From the NCBI GenBank assembly GCA_963767925.1, contig CAVYGB010000008.1:160001-224000 (forward strand): a stretch of 64,000 bases of DNA, given 5' to 3'. Of this stretch, positions 1 to 13,324 are shown one piece after another. The DNA is from an uncultured delta proteobacterium. GTDB taxonomy: Bacteria; Myxococcota_A; Polyangia; Fen-1088. The translations under genes were made by a program, and so were the position numbers. The stretch's first letter is position 1, and each line of letters starts with the position of its first letter. A model generated the notes under the pieces. The model saw only the letters and a list, made by a program, of their open reading frames with translations. It searched no databases and was not told the DNA's origin.

Positions 1-1523
<1,523 letters not shown>

Positions 1524-1733
1524 CGGAGGCCGCCGGAGTATCCCGGCCTTCGCCCCTCGCGGCAACGCCGGCGAGGCCGTCCGCGTCATGCTGGCGCCCC
1601 GGGGGGGGCTCGACCTGTGCGCCTGCGACGGGAGGAGCGGGGCGCGGCGCGAGGTGTTCCGCAGCATGCCGACGCGGTGGTTGCGTTTGCCCGCGCTGAC
1701 TGAGAGAACATCAGGCCCACTCTGGAGGTGACG

Positions 1734-3504
1734 ATGAGGATCTCGGTCCCTGTGCTCTCCGCCCTGCTCGCCGGCGCCCTGGGCGCCGGTACGGTCCACG
1801 CCGCCGACGACTACGTCCCGGGGCCCGACTCGAAGCCCCAGCCGGGCGTCCCCAAGGGCGAGGTGCTGAAGTTCAGCCTCGGCCAGAGCAGCCACTTCCC
1901 GGGGACCCAGCGCGACTACTGGCTGTACGTGCCCGCGCAGTACAAGCCCGACCAGCCCGCCTGCGTCTACGTCGGGCAAGACGGCATCCGCTTCGACGCG
2001 CCGGCCGTGTTCGACAACCTCATCCACAAGAAGCAGATGCCGGTCGTGATCGGCGATCTTCGTCATGCCGGGCAAGGTCCCCGCCATCAAGCCCGACGCC
2101 GCCCTCGACCGGATGAACCGCAGCTACGAATACGACACCCCCGGCGACACCTACGCCCGCTTCCTGGCCGAGGACCTGCTGCCCGACGTGGAGAAGCGCC
2201 AGGCCTCCGACGGGCGGGCCATCCACCTGTCGAAGAACGGCAACGACCGGGCCATCGGGGGCGGCAGCAGCGGCGCTATCGCCGCCTTCACCGCCGCCTG
2301 GGAGCGCCCCGAGGAGTGGAGCCGGGTGTTCAGCGCCATCGGCACCTACGTGGGGCTGCGGGGCGGCGACGGCTACCCGACCCTCATCCGCAAGTTCGAG
2401 CCCCGGCCGATCCGGATCTTCTTGCAGGACGGCTCGAACGACAACAACCGCTACGGCGGCGACTGGTGGATGGCCAACCAGACCATGCAGCGGGCCCTGA
2501 CCTTCGCCGGCTACGAGGTGGAGCACGCCTGGGGCGACGGCGGCCACACGCCGAAACACGCCACCGCCATCTTCCCCGATGCCATGCGCTTCCTCTGGAA
2601 GGACTGGCCCAAACCCGTCAAGGGCGGCAAGAGCGGGAACCACGTGCTGGCCGAACTGCTCGTCCCCGGCGAGGACTGGCAGCTCGTCGGCGAGGGCTAC
2701 CGCTTCACCGAGGGCCCCGCGGTCAACGCCCGCGGCGAGGTGTTCTTCAACGACATCCCGAACGCCAAGACCTACAAGGTCGGCCTCGACGGCAAGGTCA
2801 GCGTCTTCCTCGAGGACTCGCAGAAGGCCAACGGACAGGCCTTCGGGCCCGACGGGCGCCTCTACCAGCTCACCGGCACCGAGGGCAAGCTGGTGGCGGT
2901 CGACGACAAGCGCCAGACCAAGGTCATCGCCGAGGGGTTCATGGGCAACGACCTCGTGGTGGCCCACAACGGCAACATCTACGCCACCAACCCGCCCGAC
3001 AACCGCAACCCGGCCGCCCCCAGCAACGTCATCCTCATCCGCAAGAGCGGCGAGAAGCTGCCCGTCGACACGGGGCTACGCTACGCCAACGGGGTCACCC
3101 TCTCGCCCGACCAGACCCTGCTCTTCGTGGACGACCACCGCTCGCACTGGGTCTACAGCTACCAGATCCAGCCCGACGGCACCCTGGCCAACAAGCAGCG
3201 CTTCTACGCCTTGCAGACCCTGGAGACCGCCGACGACAGCTCGGCCGATGGCATGAAGGTCGACCGCGAGGGCCGGCTCTACGTCGCCACCCGCGCCGGC
3301 CTGCTGCAGATCTGCGATCAGGCGGGGCGGGTCAACGCGATCTTGTCCACCCCAAACCGCCGCATCTCCAACGTCACCTTCGGGGGCAAGAACTTCGACA
3401 CGATCTTCGCTACCGCGGGCGACAAGGTCTACAAGCGCAAGCTCCGCACCCGGGGGGCCAACGCCTGGGCGGCCCCCTTCAAGCCGGCGCCGCCCCGCAT
3501 GTGA
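1734..3504 (+). CDS. Secreted esterase (Fes/enterochelin-esterase-like alpha/beta hydrolase) fused to an SMP-30/gluconolactonase beta-propeller; +1 frameshift near 2055
   Basis: GGAGG RBS then ATG 1734; signal peptide; RDYWLYVPAQY; extra G in gtgatcggcGatcttc; then GGSSGA nucleophile elbow, FTEGP, ANGVTLSPD and ADGMKVD SMP-30 motifs in ORF 2065-3504. Confidence 0.8.
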
Positions 3505-3511
3505 CCCCTTC

Positions 3512-5419
3512 TCAGGCCGTCTCGAAGTCGAGGTTTCGGGTGATGCGGGTGCCTTCCTGCTCGAAGGTCCCCAGGTAGTCGGAGATGCGGGCCTTGGCCT
3601 GGCCGAGATCGATCAGGCCGAGGTTGAGATTGAGCAGGTCGATGTACCAGGGCGCCTTGCGGGGCGAGGTGACGTAGCGGCGCACGATCTCGCGGGCGAT
3701 GGGCAGCGTCGTCGCCTTCGAGTCGTCGTGCACGTCGCGGTTCCCTGCGGCCAGCAGCTTGGCGTACTCCTGCTCGAGGAGTCGATCGAAGAGGGCGGCG
3801 CCGAAGAGGTCCCCCGCCTGGCTGCCGGTCCCGGCGTCGGCCTCGCTGAGGGGGGCGCCCTTGTGCAGCCACTCCCAGAGGATGGACAGGCGGATCTCTC
3901 CGGTGGCCATGTCCTCCATGAGGTAGAGGACGTCGTCCTGGCCGAAGAAGTCGGCCGGCTTCAGGGCGGCGGCCTGGAAGCCTTGCAGGAAGGCGTTGCC
4001 GTATTGCAGAGCCACGCTGAGCAGATCCCGGGCGCCCCGCACCGTGCGGGGGGCCGCCTCCAGCGCCACCAGGGCCTCGGCCTCGGCCTCGCCGTACCCG
4101 AGCGGCGGGAAGGAACGGCCGAGCTGGTTCTCCTGGCCAGCCTTCTCCCAGACCGGCCGCACGATGTGGACCATCTTCCAGTGGGCCACCCACTTGCCGC
4201 TGGCCCCCTCGCGCTGCTCGCGCTCGGCCCCCGCCACCGCCCGCTTCATCCCGCTCGCCACCCCCGCCGCCGACCCGACCGGGATGTTGGGCTCCATGCC
4301 CCCCTGCCACAACGCAAACCGCCCGTTGCGGTCGGGCGTGTTGACCGCCCGGCGCACCCGATCCTCGTAGTTGCGCATGTACCCGTAGGTCATCGTGATG
4401 GCGTCGATGTTGGGGTTCTGAAAGCCGGGATCCCAGGCCAGCGCGTCCGACACGCTGTTGATGTAGTCCCAGCGCCCGGTGTTGAAGCCCACGAAGTGCC
4501 GCCCCAGGGCCGCCCGGATCTCCATGAGCTGGAAGCTCGCCTCGAGCTGCTCGACCAGCACGTACACCTTCACCGTCCCCGCCGGCAGGCCCAGGTGCTG
4601 CTCGAGGGTGTTGAGCAGCCGGTTCCACAGCGCCGCCTCCTCGGCGGTCTGGATCTTCGGCAGGTAGAGCACGATCGAGGCGCCGGTGCTGCGCAGGCGC
4701 TCGTGGTTGTTGACCACGTAGAGGGCGGCGTCGACGATCGACGCCGAGAACCCCATGCCGTCGGCCCAGCGCACGTGGCGGTCGTCGAGGTGCAGGCCCC
4801 GGGCCCGGAAGATCACCGTCGTGAACCCGAGCTGGCTGCGGTGGTCGTCGATGATGGCTCGCCCCAGGAAGCCGCGGGCCCAGCCGTTCATCTCCTCGGC
4901 GACCTGGGCGGCGATCTTCAGGAAGCGGGGGTCCCGATCGATGGCCAGCTTCAGGTTGCGCTGGTTGTCGAGCGACATGGTCGACACCTGGCCCAGGGCG
5001 TCCTCCCCGTCGAACATCCAGCCGTCCGCCCCCGACAGCAGGGCGTAGGCCACGTTGCGCAGGCTCGTCTCGGTGGGCTGCCCGGGGCGGGTGGCCGGTC
5101 CGGTCCCCTGCACCCACTGCCGCTGCAGGTCGGCGGGGATCTCGCCGCCGGCGAACTGGCCCTCCCGGGCCTGCTGCACGGTGAGGTCGGTCCCGGCGAT
5201 GGTGGCGCCCGGATCCAGGAAGCCGAGGCGCTGGCGCCCGCGGGCCCGCCCCTGGCGCCGGTCGAGCCGGGCCTGCATCAGCGCCCGGCGGGTCTCATCG
5301 AGGGGGGCCAGCTCGGCCAGGGCGGCCATCGCCGCGGGCGTGTAGACGTCGGGGTAAGCGCGTTCGAGGCCGCCCCGGACCTGCAGGGCCAGCGACTCGC
5401 CCAGGATGGTGTTGCTCAT
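3512..5419 (-). CDS. aceB: Malate synthase (635 aa, MSA-like)
   Basis: GAGGAG RBS before ATG 5419; [13 protein letters not shown] (catalytic Arg), [37 protein letters not shown] (catalytic Asp). Confidence 0.85.
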   Translation of the reverse strand: MSNTILGESLALQVRGGLERAYPDVYTPAAMAALAELAPLDETRRALMQARLDRRQGRARGRQRLGFLDPGATIAGTDLTVQQAREGQFAGGEIPADLQRQWVQGTGPATRPGQPTETSLRNVAYALLSGADGWMFDGEDALGQVSTMSLDNQRNLKLAIDRDPRFLKIAAQVAEEMNGWARGFLGRAIIDDHRSQLGFTTVIFRARGLHLDDRHVRWADGMGFSASIVDAALYVVNNHERLRSTGASIVLYLPKIQTAEEAALWNRLLNTLEQHLGLPAGTVKVYVLVEQLEASFQLMEIRAALGRHFVGFNTGRWDYINSVSDALAWDPGFQNPNIDAITMTYGYMRNYEDRVRRAVNTPDRNGRFALWQGGMEPNIPVGSAAGVASGMKRAVAGAEREQREGASGKWVAHWKMVHIVRPVWEKAGQENQLGRSFPPLGYGEAEAEALVALEAAPRTVRGARDLLSVALQYGNAFLQGFQAAALKPADFFGQDDVLYLMEDMATGEIRLSILWEWLHKGAPLSEADAGTGSQAGDLFGAALFDRLLEQEYAKLLAAGNRDVHDDSKATTLPIAREIVRRYVTSPRKAPWYIDLLNLNLGLIDLGQAKARISDYLGTFEQEGTRITRNLDFETA

Positions 5420-5484
5420 GATCTCCTCGGCGGCCGCGCGGGTCGTGCCGGCGGGCTGCGCGGTCGCCTGGGCCCAGTTTACCC

Positions 5485-6524
5485 TCAACCGGGCCGCTCG
5501 ACGCGCCCCGAGGCGTGGCGGGCGAAGCGCCCCTCCTCGCGCGGGTGGACCGGATCGTCGCTGGGCCAGGGCCAGCCACCGAACTGGGTGCGCTGGTAGT
5601 CGATCATCGCCTGCTGGATCTCGGCCCGCGTGTTCATCACGAAGGGCCCGTACTGGGCCACCGGCTCCTGGATCGGCCGCCCCTGCAGCAAGAGCAGCTC
5701 GCTCGGTCCCACGCTCCGGAGCGGCACCGGCAGGTGGGCGGCGAGCTCCGCACCCTGGGGCGCGGCCAGCACCTCGCCGGCCACGTGCAGGCGGTCGCCG
5801 CGGAAGAAGTACAGGCTGCGGTTGGTCCCAGGCTGGGCGGGGGGCAAGGTGAAGCGGGCGCCGGCCTCGAGGCGCAGGGTCCAGATGGCGACGTCGCTGT
5901 CGGGGCGGGCGGCCCAGGACCGGGGCGGCGGCGCGGGCGCCACCCGATCGCCGAGCCGTCCGGCCACCAGCGCCACCTCGGTGGCGCGCCCCTCGGCGTC
6001 GCGCTCGACCTGGCGGGGGATGGCCTCGTCCCACAACATCGAGAAGTGGGGCTCGGCCAGCTTGTCGGCCCGCGGGCAGGTTGAGCCAGATCTGGAACAG
6101 CTCGAGGGGGTTGTCCTGCTCGCGCTCGAGCAGGGGAAACATCTCGGCGTGCACGATCCCCTTGCCGGCGGTCAGCCACTGCACGTCGCCCCGCCCGAAG
6201 CGAGCGGCAGCCCCCAGCGAGTCCGAGTGGTCGATGCAGCCCGCGGCGCACGATGGTGACGGTCTCGAAGCCGCGGTGCGGGTGCTGGGGAAATCCGGGA
6301 ACCACCTGGCCGTGGTACATGCGCCAGCCCTCGCGCACGGCCGCCTCGCTGGCGAAGTCCTGTCCCAGGTCGCGCCCCGACAGCGAGGCCGCCGGCCCCA
6401 GCAGGTCGTTTCCGCGCGGGTAGGCGTCGTCGTGGTGCACGCAGAACAGGAACGGATCCGCCGTCTCCCAGGGAAAGCCGAGCGGGCGGATGCGAAGGAC
6501 GGGATTGGCGTGCGGGTCGGCCAC
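5485..6524 (-). CDS. Pirin-family protein split by two +1 frameshifts (~6237 and ~6070)
   Basis: [23 protein letters not shown], then DHSDSLG...[16 protein letters not shown]...QIWLNLP, then [13 protein letters not shown], spread over three frames. Confidence 0.85.
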
Positions 6525-6671
6525 GTCCTGTGAAACCTAGGAGACCGACCGGGCCCCCGCAACCCCGGCTCCGACGGGCGCCCGGTTGCGGACAGCGTGT
6601 CGCTCCTGGCCCGCCGTCGAGCCGATCGGGGTGGCTTCCCGACATGAAAGGCTGCCCGGTCGCGCCGCCGC

Positions 6672-6707
6672 CTGCGGATTTCGCAGGAGCCGCTGCGATT
6701 TTCGCAG
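6672..6707. promoter_or_regulatory. Two tandem palindromes CTGCG-N5-CGCAG, 21 bp apart; candidate enhancer/operator
   Basis: ctgcggatttcgcag (6672-6686) and ctgcgattttcgcag (6693-6707) in the divergent intergenic region between pirin and the two-component system. Confidence 0.5.
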
Positions 6708-6872
6708 TCACCGCGCGGGCGAGAACCGCGCGGCAACGGGAGGGGCTCGAAGCGCTCGAAGCGCCCGCTGCGCTCGAACGTCAGGCGGCGGCCCCGCGGG
6801 GCCAGGGGGTGGGGACCGGCGCCGCGGGCGGGTTTGGTATCGTCTGTGCTTCGAGTCTCGCTTCGTGCACCC

Positions 6873-8177
<1,305 letters not shown>

Positions 8178-8192
8178 TCGGGGGATCGCTGC

Positions 8193-9548
8193 ATGTCGCG
8201 CATTCTGGTGGTCGACGACGAGGAAGGGATCCGGACCTTCGTGGCCGAGGCCCTCGAGGCCGAGGGCGCCGAGATCGAGAGCGCCGCCAGCGGCGACGAG
8301 GCGGCGGCGCTGCTCGACCGCCAGGGGTTCGACGTGGTGGTGACCGATCTCAAGATGCCGGGTCGGGATGGCATGTCTCTGCTGGCGAAGGTGCGGGCCG
8401 ACCAGCCGGAGACCCAGGTGATCCTGCTGACCGCCCACGGCACCGTCGAGACCGCGGTGCAGGCCATGAAGGCCGGCGCCTTCGATTACCTGCAAAAGCC
8501 CATCGGCAGCCCCGACGAGCTGCGGCTGGTGGTGGCCCGCGCGCTCGAGCGGCGGCAGCTTTTGGCTTCGCGGGAGGGCACCACCCGGGCCGAGGCCGAG
8601 GCCACTTTTCCGCTGACCTACGGCGATCCGGCCATGACTCCCATCAAGGCCGCGCTCGACAAGGTGGCCCGCACCGACGCCACCGTGCTGCTGCTGGGAG
8701 AGACCGGCACCGGCAAGGAGGTGGCGGCGCGGGCCCTGCACGCGGCCAGCGCGCGGGCCGGGCGCCCCTTCGTGGCGGTCAACTGCGCCGCGCTCAGCGA
8801 GTCGCTGCTGGAGAGCGAGCTGTTCGGCCACGAGAAGGGGGCCTTCACGGGGGCTCACGCCCAGCGCCGGGGCCGTCTCGAGCTGGCCGAGGGCGGGACC
8901 TTCTTTCTCGACGAGGTGGGCGAGCTGAAGCTCGATCTGCAGGCCAAGCTGCTGCGGGTCCTGCAGGAGCGGCGCTTCGAGCGGGTGGGCGGCACGCGCA
9001 CCCTGGCCGCCGACGTGCGCTGGGTGGCCGCCACCAACCGCGACCTGCGCGCGATGATCGAGGCGGGGACCTTCCGCGAGGACCTCTACCACCGGCTGGC
9101 CGTCTTCCCCATCCGCCTGCCGACCCTGCGCGAACGCCCGGGCGACATCTTGCCCCTGGCCGATCTGCTCCTGCGCCGGGCCGCCGCCGAGCTGGGGCGT
9201 CCGCCGCTGCGGCTCACCGAAGAGGCCCGGGCCCGGGTGCAGGCGGCTCCGCTGCGGGGAAACATCCGCGAGCTCAAGAACATGCTCGAGCGCGCCGCCA
9301 TCCTGGCCGACGGCGGGGTGGTGCAGGCCGAGCACATCTGGCTCGACCCCTCGGGGACCGTTGGCGCGCCGGCGCCCCCCTCGGGGCCACCCCTTCCCGA
9401 GGCCTCGGGGTCCCTCGACGACCTGGAGAAGGCCGCCATCCAGCGGGCGCTGGCCGAGACCGGGGGCAACCGGCGCCGGGCCGCCGAGCGGCTGGGCATC
9501 GGCCTGCGCACCTTGTACGAAAAGCTCAAGCGCTACGACCTGAGCTAG
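8193..9548 (+). CDS. Sigma-54-dependent response regulator (NtrC family)
   Basis: REC (VVDDE, TDLKMP), [22 protein letters not shown]-terminal Fis-type HTH. Confidence 0.95.
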   Translation: MSRILVVDDEEGIRTFVAEALEAEGAEIESAASGDEAAALLDRQGFDVVVTDLKMPGRDGMSLLAKVRADQPETQVILLTAHGTVETAVQAMKAGAFDYLQKPIGSPDELRLVVARALERRQLLASREGTTRAEAEATFPLTYGDPAMTPIKAALDKVARTDATVLLLGETGTGKEVAARALHAASARAGRPFVAVNCAALSESLLESELFGHEKGAFTGAHAQRRGRLELAEGGTFFLDEVGELKLDLQAKLLRVLQERRFERVGGTRTLAADVRWVAATNRDLRAMIEAGTFREDLYHRLAVFPIRLPTLRERPGDILPLADLLLRRAAAELGRPPLRLTEEARARVQAAPLRGNIRELKNMLERAAILADGGVVQAEHIWLDPSGTVGAPAPPSGPPLPEASGSLDDLEKAAIQRALAETGGNRRRAAERLGIGLRTLYEKLKRYDLS

Positions 9549-9746
9549 CCGGGCCCTCGCGGAGCGAGGGAACCCGGCCACTTTTGCAACCGTCTCGCAG
9601 CCATCCCTTCCCGGTTCCCCGCTCGGGGGTGGAGTGTGGAGTGTGAGCGCGGACGGATCTGTCACCGCGGGGGCGTGGACGCCGCGCTCCGCATCCGATA
9701 CGATCGCGCCGACATTTCAGAGTTTCGTTGTCGAAAGGAGATCCGC

Positions 9747-10562
9747 ATGCGCGCTTTGGCCAGTTGGGCGTTGGTTCTTGTCGTGTCGAGCGCGGCGCTG
9801 CCCGCCTGTGACCCCGGTGAGGACGGCACGAGCGACGGCGCTGCCGGCACGGGTGGAGGCGGGGGCACCGGTGGATCGGGTGGCTCCGGTGGATCGGGCG
9901 GCTCCGGCGGATCGGGCGGACGGACGCCAGACGCCCGGGCTCCCGACACGGCGGCCGGCTCGGCCTACCAGTGGATCGGCATCTTCGACAACGATAAGGT
10001 CGCCGTGTGCACCGGGAGCGGACCGGGGCCGGACATCGACTCGGTCGACCTGCGGCGGGCCGGGGCGAACATCGGTGTGGGGCTCCGGAGCTCGGCGATC
10101 TTCTCCCCCGACCGCCCCGGTGAGACAGTCAGCGCCTGCACCATGTGCGCGGGGACGACGTGCGCCCACTCCGGCACCCAGGCCCAGGCGCGCGCCGAGG
10201 GGATCCCGGACGCGATGTTTTACACGAACATGTCCGACATCGGATACATCTCGCTGAACAGCGGCGTGTTGTGGATCCAGATCGGCCAGGCCAACGGCAA
10301 CAACCCGGCCCAGGAGATCCGCTCCGGGGACACCGTGATCGTGCGCGAGGTGGATCAGGTGTACAAGGCCGAGGGCGGAGCGCCCTGGACTGGCTGCGGC
10401 TGCGTTCCCGAGAAATACGCGGCCTACGCCTACGTCACGCGGGACGTGAACGCGACCCGCGTCCAGCTCGTGCCGACCGCCTACCGCGCCGAAAACCAGA
10501 GCGCCTGCGGCGCCGTCGCCAACAACCTCGGCTGCGGCACCACCGACTTCACCGTTCCCTAG
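9747..10562 (+). CDS. Hypothetical Cys-rich lipoprotein with GGS linker
   Basis: AAGGAG RBS; lipobox LPAC; GTGGGGGTGGSGGSGGSGGSGGSGG linker; 8 further Cys. Confidence 0.75.
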   Translation: MRALASWALVLVVSSAALPACDPGEDGTSDGAAGTGGGGGTGGSGGSGGSGGSGGSGGRTPDARAPDTAAGSAYQWIGIFDNDKVAVCTGSGPGPDIDSVDLRRAGANIGVGLRSSAIFSPDRPGETVSACTMCAGTTCAHSGTQAQARAEGIPDAMFYTNMSDIGYISLNSGVLWIQIGQANGNNPAQEIRSGDTVIVREVDQVYKAEGGAPWTGCGCVPEKYAAYAYVTRDVNATRVQLVPTAYRAENQSACGAVANNLGCGTTDFTVP

Positions 10563-10595
10563 CCGCCGCTGGGCGGGGGCGACCGACCGACCGCT

Positions 10596-10625
10596 CCACC
10601 ATCCGCGCCGGCGCGCGGATGGTGG
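10596..10625. terminator. Perfect 13-bp hairpin between convergent genes (possible bidirectional terminator)
   Basis: ccaccatccgcgc-cggc-gcgcggatggtgg; no U-tract. Confidence 0.5.
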
Positions 10626-10655
10626 GCGAACCAGGCACGCCAGTACGGGTTGCGG

Positions 10656-11705
10656 CTAGACCACGTCCTCGCGTTTCACTCCGGGGAACTCGAGGATGAG
10701 GTCGCGGCCGTAGACGCCGGCGGGGGTCTGGAACCCGGCGGGCGCCTCTCCGGCGAGGGCCCGCTGGGCCAGGGCCACCGCGCTCAGGCGGGTGAGCTCG
10801 TACCCCTCGGGCACCACCAGCCGCGAGGTCACCTTCCTTCCGGCGGCGTCTGTCGCCTCTCCCCACACGAGGCTGCGACCCCGGCGGCGCGCCTCGGCCG
10901 ACGGGCCGGGAGCTCCGGCGCGGATGCGGGCCGCCAGCAGGCGCTGCACCCGCCGTAGCCGGAGCAGCGGCGCCATCAGCCGCGCCACCCGCACGGCGGC
11001 CCGGATCGCCCAGGGCACGCCGATGTAGACCTCGACGTTGGGGATCCCCGTGGTCACCGTCGCGGTGAACACGTCGCCCCAGGGGATGGCGATGGCCCGG
11101 GTGGCCCCCCGGCCGAAGTCCACCCGGATCGTCCGGTGGCCGAGCGGGACGGGGGTCAAGACCCCGTCCCGGCGGATCATGCCCTGGCTCCCGGCCGCCT
11201 CGAGCGTGCTGAGCGCCGTTCCCCGGGAGGCTTTGCCCCCCGGCTGGAACGCCAGGCGCAGGTGGGTGGCGCCGGGGAGCCGGTGGCGCAGGTGGGCCGC
11301 CAGGCAGTCCGTGGGCACGACGTCGAACCCCGCCCCGGGCAGCAACATCACGCCCGCCGCCCGCGCCTGGGCGTCCAGCCCGGCCAGGGCGGCGAAGACC
11401 GCCACCTCGCCGGTGATGTCGAGGTAGTGGGCCCGCAGGCGAAGGCAGGCCGCGGCCAGCGGACCCGCGGTCCGGGTGAAGGGCCCGGCACAGCTCAGCA
11501 GCACCGTGGCCCCGGCCAGCCCGGCGTCGACGGCCGCCGGGTCGTCCAGGGCGAAGGCCCGGGCCGGGACCCCCAGCTCGGCGGCCAGCGCCGCCAGCGG
11601 CTCGAGCCGCCGGCCCGCCAGCACCGGCCGCAGGCCACACTCCACCGCCCGCCGGGCGACCAGCTCACCCGAATAGCCATTGGCCCCGTAGATCAGCAAG
11701 CCCAT
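10656..11705 (-). CDS. Saccharopine-dehydrogenase-like NAD(P)-binding oxidoreductase
   Basis: IYGANGYSG Rossmann motif, LAGR, CAGPF, HYLDITGE, GFDVVPTD, SRGT. Confidence 0.85.
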   Translation of the reverse strand: MGLLIYGANGYSGELVARRAVECGLRPVLAGRRLEPLAALAAELGVPARAFALDDPAAVDAGLAGATVLLSCAGPFTRTAGPLAAACLRLRAHYLDITGEVAVFAALAGLDAQARAAGVMLLPGAGFDVVPTDCLAAHLRHRLPGATHLRLAFQPGGKASRGTALSTLEAAGSQGMIRRDGVLTPVPLGHRTIRVDFGRGATRAIAIPWGDVFTATVTTGIPNVEVYIGVPWAIRAAVRVARLMAPLLRLRRVQRLLAARIRAGAPGPSAEARRRGRSLVWGEATDAAGRKVTSRLVVPEGYELTRLSAVALAQRALAGEAPAGFQTPAGVYGRDLILEFPGVKREDVV

Positions 11706-11737
11706 GTCGGGCCGACGTTAGCCGAGGGGCCGCCCGC

Positions 11738-13324
11738 TCACCAGCCTGGCAAGCGCGAGCGGGCGGTGATGGTCGGATCGACGATCGCGCGCGGGAGCTC
11801 GATGGTGAAGGTCGAGCCCTTGCCCGACTCGCTCTCCACCTCGATCGAGCCGCCCATCCCCTCGACGATCTGGCGGGTGATCCAGAGCCCCAGGCCCAGC
11901 CCGCCGTAGTGCCGGCTGGACACCGCCCGCTCGAAGCGCCCGAAGATCCGCGGCTGGTCGACGGCGGCGATGCCGATCCCGCGATCCACGACCCGCAGGC
12001 GGGCCCGGGCCTCGGTCCCCACCACCTGCACGTGGATGGGCTGGTTGCCCCCGTATTTCACGGCGTTCGATAGCAGGTTGTTGAGCACCTGCTCGAGCCG
12101 GAGGCGATCCCAGGTGCCCGGCAGCTCGGCGGGCAGGTCGGTCGTGAACTCGGTCTCGTCGGCCGGCGCCGGGTTGACCTCGCCGGGCCGCCGGCCGGCC
12201 GCCTGCCGCCAGCGCTCGACCGTGCCCTGCACGAGGTCGACGAGGTCGAACTCGCTGCAGTCGAAGCGCAGGCGCCCCGAGTTGATGCGGGAGACGTCGA
12301 GCAGCAGCTCGACCAGCTCGGTCAGCCGCTGGGCCTGCTCGGCCACCGCGGCCGCGTTGCTGTCGAGCCGCCCGCTGCGCAGGGCGGGGCCGGGGGATCG
12401 CTTCAGGGTGCGGTGCAGGTTGTCGATCTGGAGCTGCAGCGCGGTCAAGGGGGTCTTGAGCTCGTGGGAGGCGATCGACAGGAACTCGTCGCGCACCTGC
12501 ACCGCGCGCCGCAGCTCGCTCTCGAGGGCCCGCCGCTCGGTGATGTCGATGCAGGAGCCGATGAAGCCGGCGAAGGTCCCGTCCGGCATGTAGCGGGGGG
12601 TGCCCCGGTCGAGGATCCAGCGGTGCGCCCCGTCCCGCCGCCGCAGGCGGTACTCCAGCTCGAAAACTCGCCGCTCGTTGAAGGCCTCGACGTAGGTGTC
12701 GAGGCAGCGTTGCAGGTCCTCGAAGTGCACCCCCTCGGCCCAGCCCACCCCCCACTCCTGTTCGAGCGTGCGGCCGGTAAAGTCGAGCCAGGTCTGGTTG
12801 AAGAAGGTGCACATCCCGTCCGGCTCGGACATCCAGAGCAGGACCGGAGCCGCGTCGGCCATGGTGCGGAAGCGCCCCTCGGTCTCCTTCACCTGCTCGG
12901 CAGCCCAGTGGGCCTCGCTGACGTCGCGGATGATGGCGATGCCGCCCTGGATCGCGCCGGCGTCGTCGCGCAGCGGCCCGTAGCTGCCATCGAAGAAGCC
13001 CCGGCGCAGGGTGCGGGAGACGACGAAGGGGCGGGCCCGCGACCAGACCTCCTCGCCCGCCAGCGCCCGCTGGTAATACTGGTCCTCGCCGATGTCGACG
13101 AGGAAGGGAAACAGGTCGAAGGCCCGCTGGCCCAGCACCTCGCTGGCCGGCAGCCCCGACAGGCGCTCCATGGCCGCGTTCCAGTAGGTGTAGCGGCACT
13201 CCCGATCGAAGGCGAGGATGCCGTCGGCGCTCTGGGCCAGCACGCGGGCGGCGAGCGGCAGGATGAGCGGGGTGGGGGGCGCGGCGGCCGGCGCGGGCAG
13301 GGCGCGCTGGCCGGCGGTGGTCAT
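11738..13324 (-). CDS. Cytoplasmic PAS-PAS histidine kinase, translationally coupled to the SDIMO beta subunit
   Basis: Two PAS domains (DGILAFD..YWNAAME; WMSEPDG..FFNQTW..EYRLRRRDG..W..DITER), ASHELKTPL, NLLSNAVKY, GLGLGL; no TM segment; ATGA overlap with the beta stop. Confidence 0.9.
   Translation of the reverse strand: MTTAGQRALPAPAAAPPTPLILPLAARVLAQSADGILAFDRECRYTYWNAAMERLSGLPASEVLGQRAFDLFPFLVDIGEDQYYQRALAGEEVWSRARPFVVSRTLRRGFFDGSYGPLRDDAGAIQGGIAIIRDVSEAHWAAEQVKETEGRFRTMADAAPVLLWMSEPDGMCTFFNQTWLDFTGRTLEQEWGVGWAEGVHFEDLQRCLDTYVEAFNERRVFELEYRLRRRDGAHRWILDRGTPRYMPDGTFAGFIGSCIDITERRALESELRRAVQVRDEFLSIASHELKTPLTALQLQIDNLHRTLKRSPGPALRSGRLDSNAAAVAEQAQRLTELVELLLDVSRINSGRLRFDCSEFDLVDLVQGTVERWRQAAGRRPGEVNPAPADETEFTTDLPAELPGTWDRLRLEQVLNNLLSNAVKYGGNQPIHVQVVGTEARARLRVVDRGIGIAAVDQPRIFGRFERAVSSRHYGGLGLGLWITRQIVEGMGGSIEVESESGKGSTFTIELPRAIVDPTITARSRLPGW

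Noticed and set aside
9841..9925. Short tandem DNA repeats
   Set aside because: They encode the GGS linker of the lipoprotein and are not a non-coding element.
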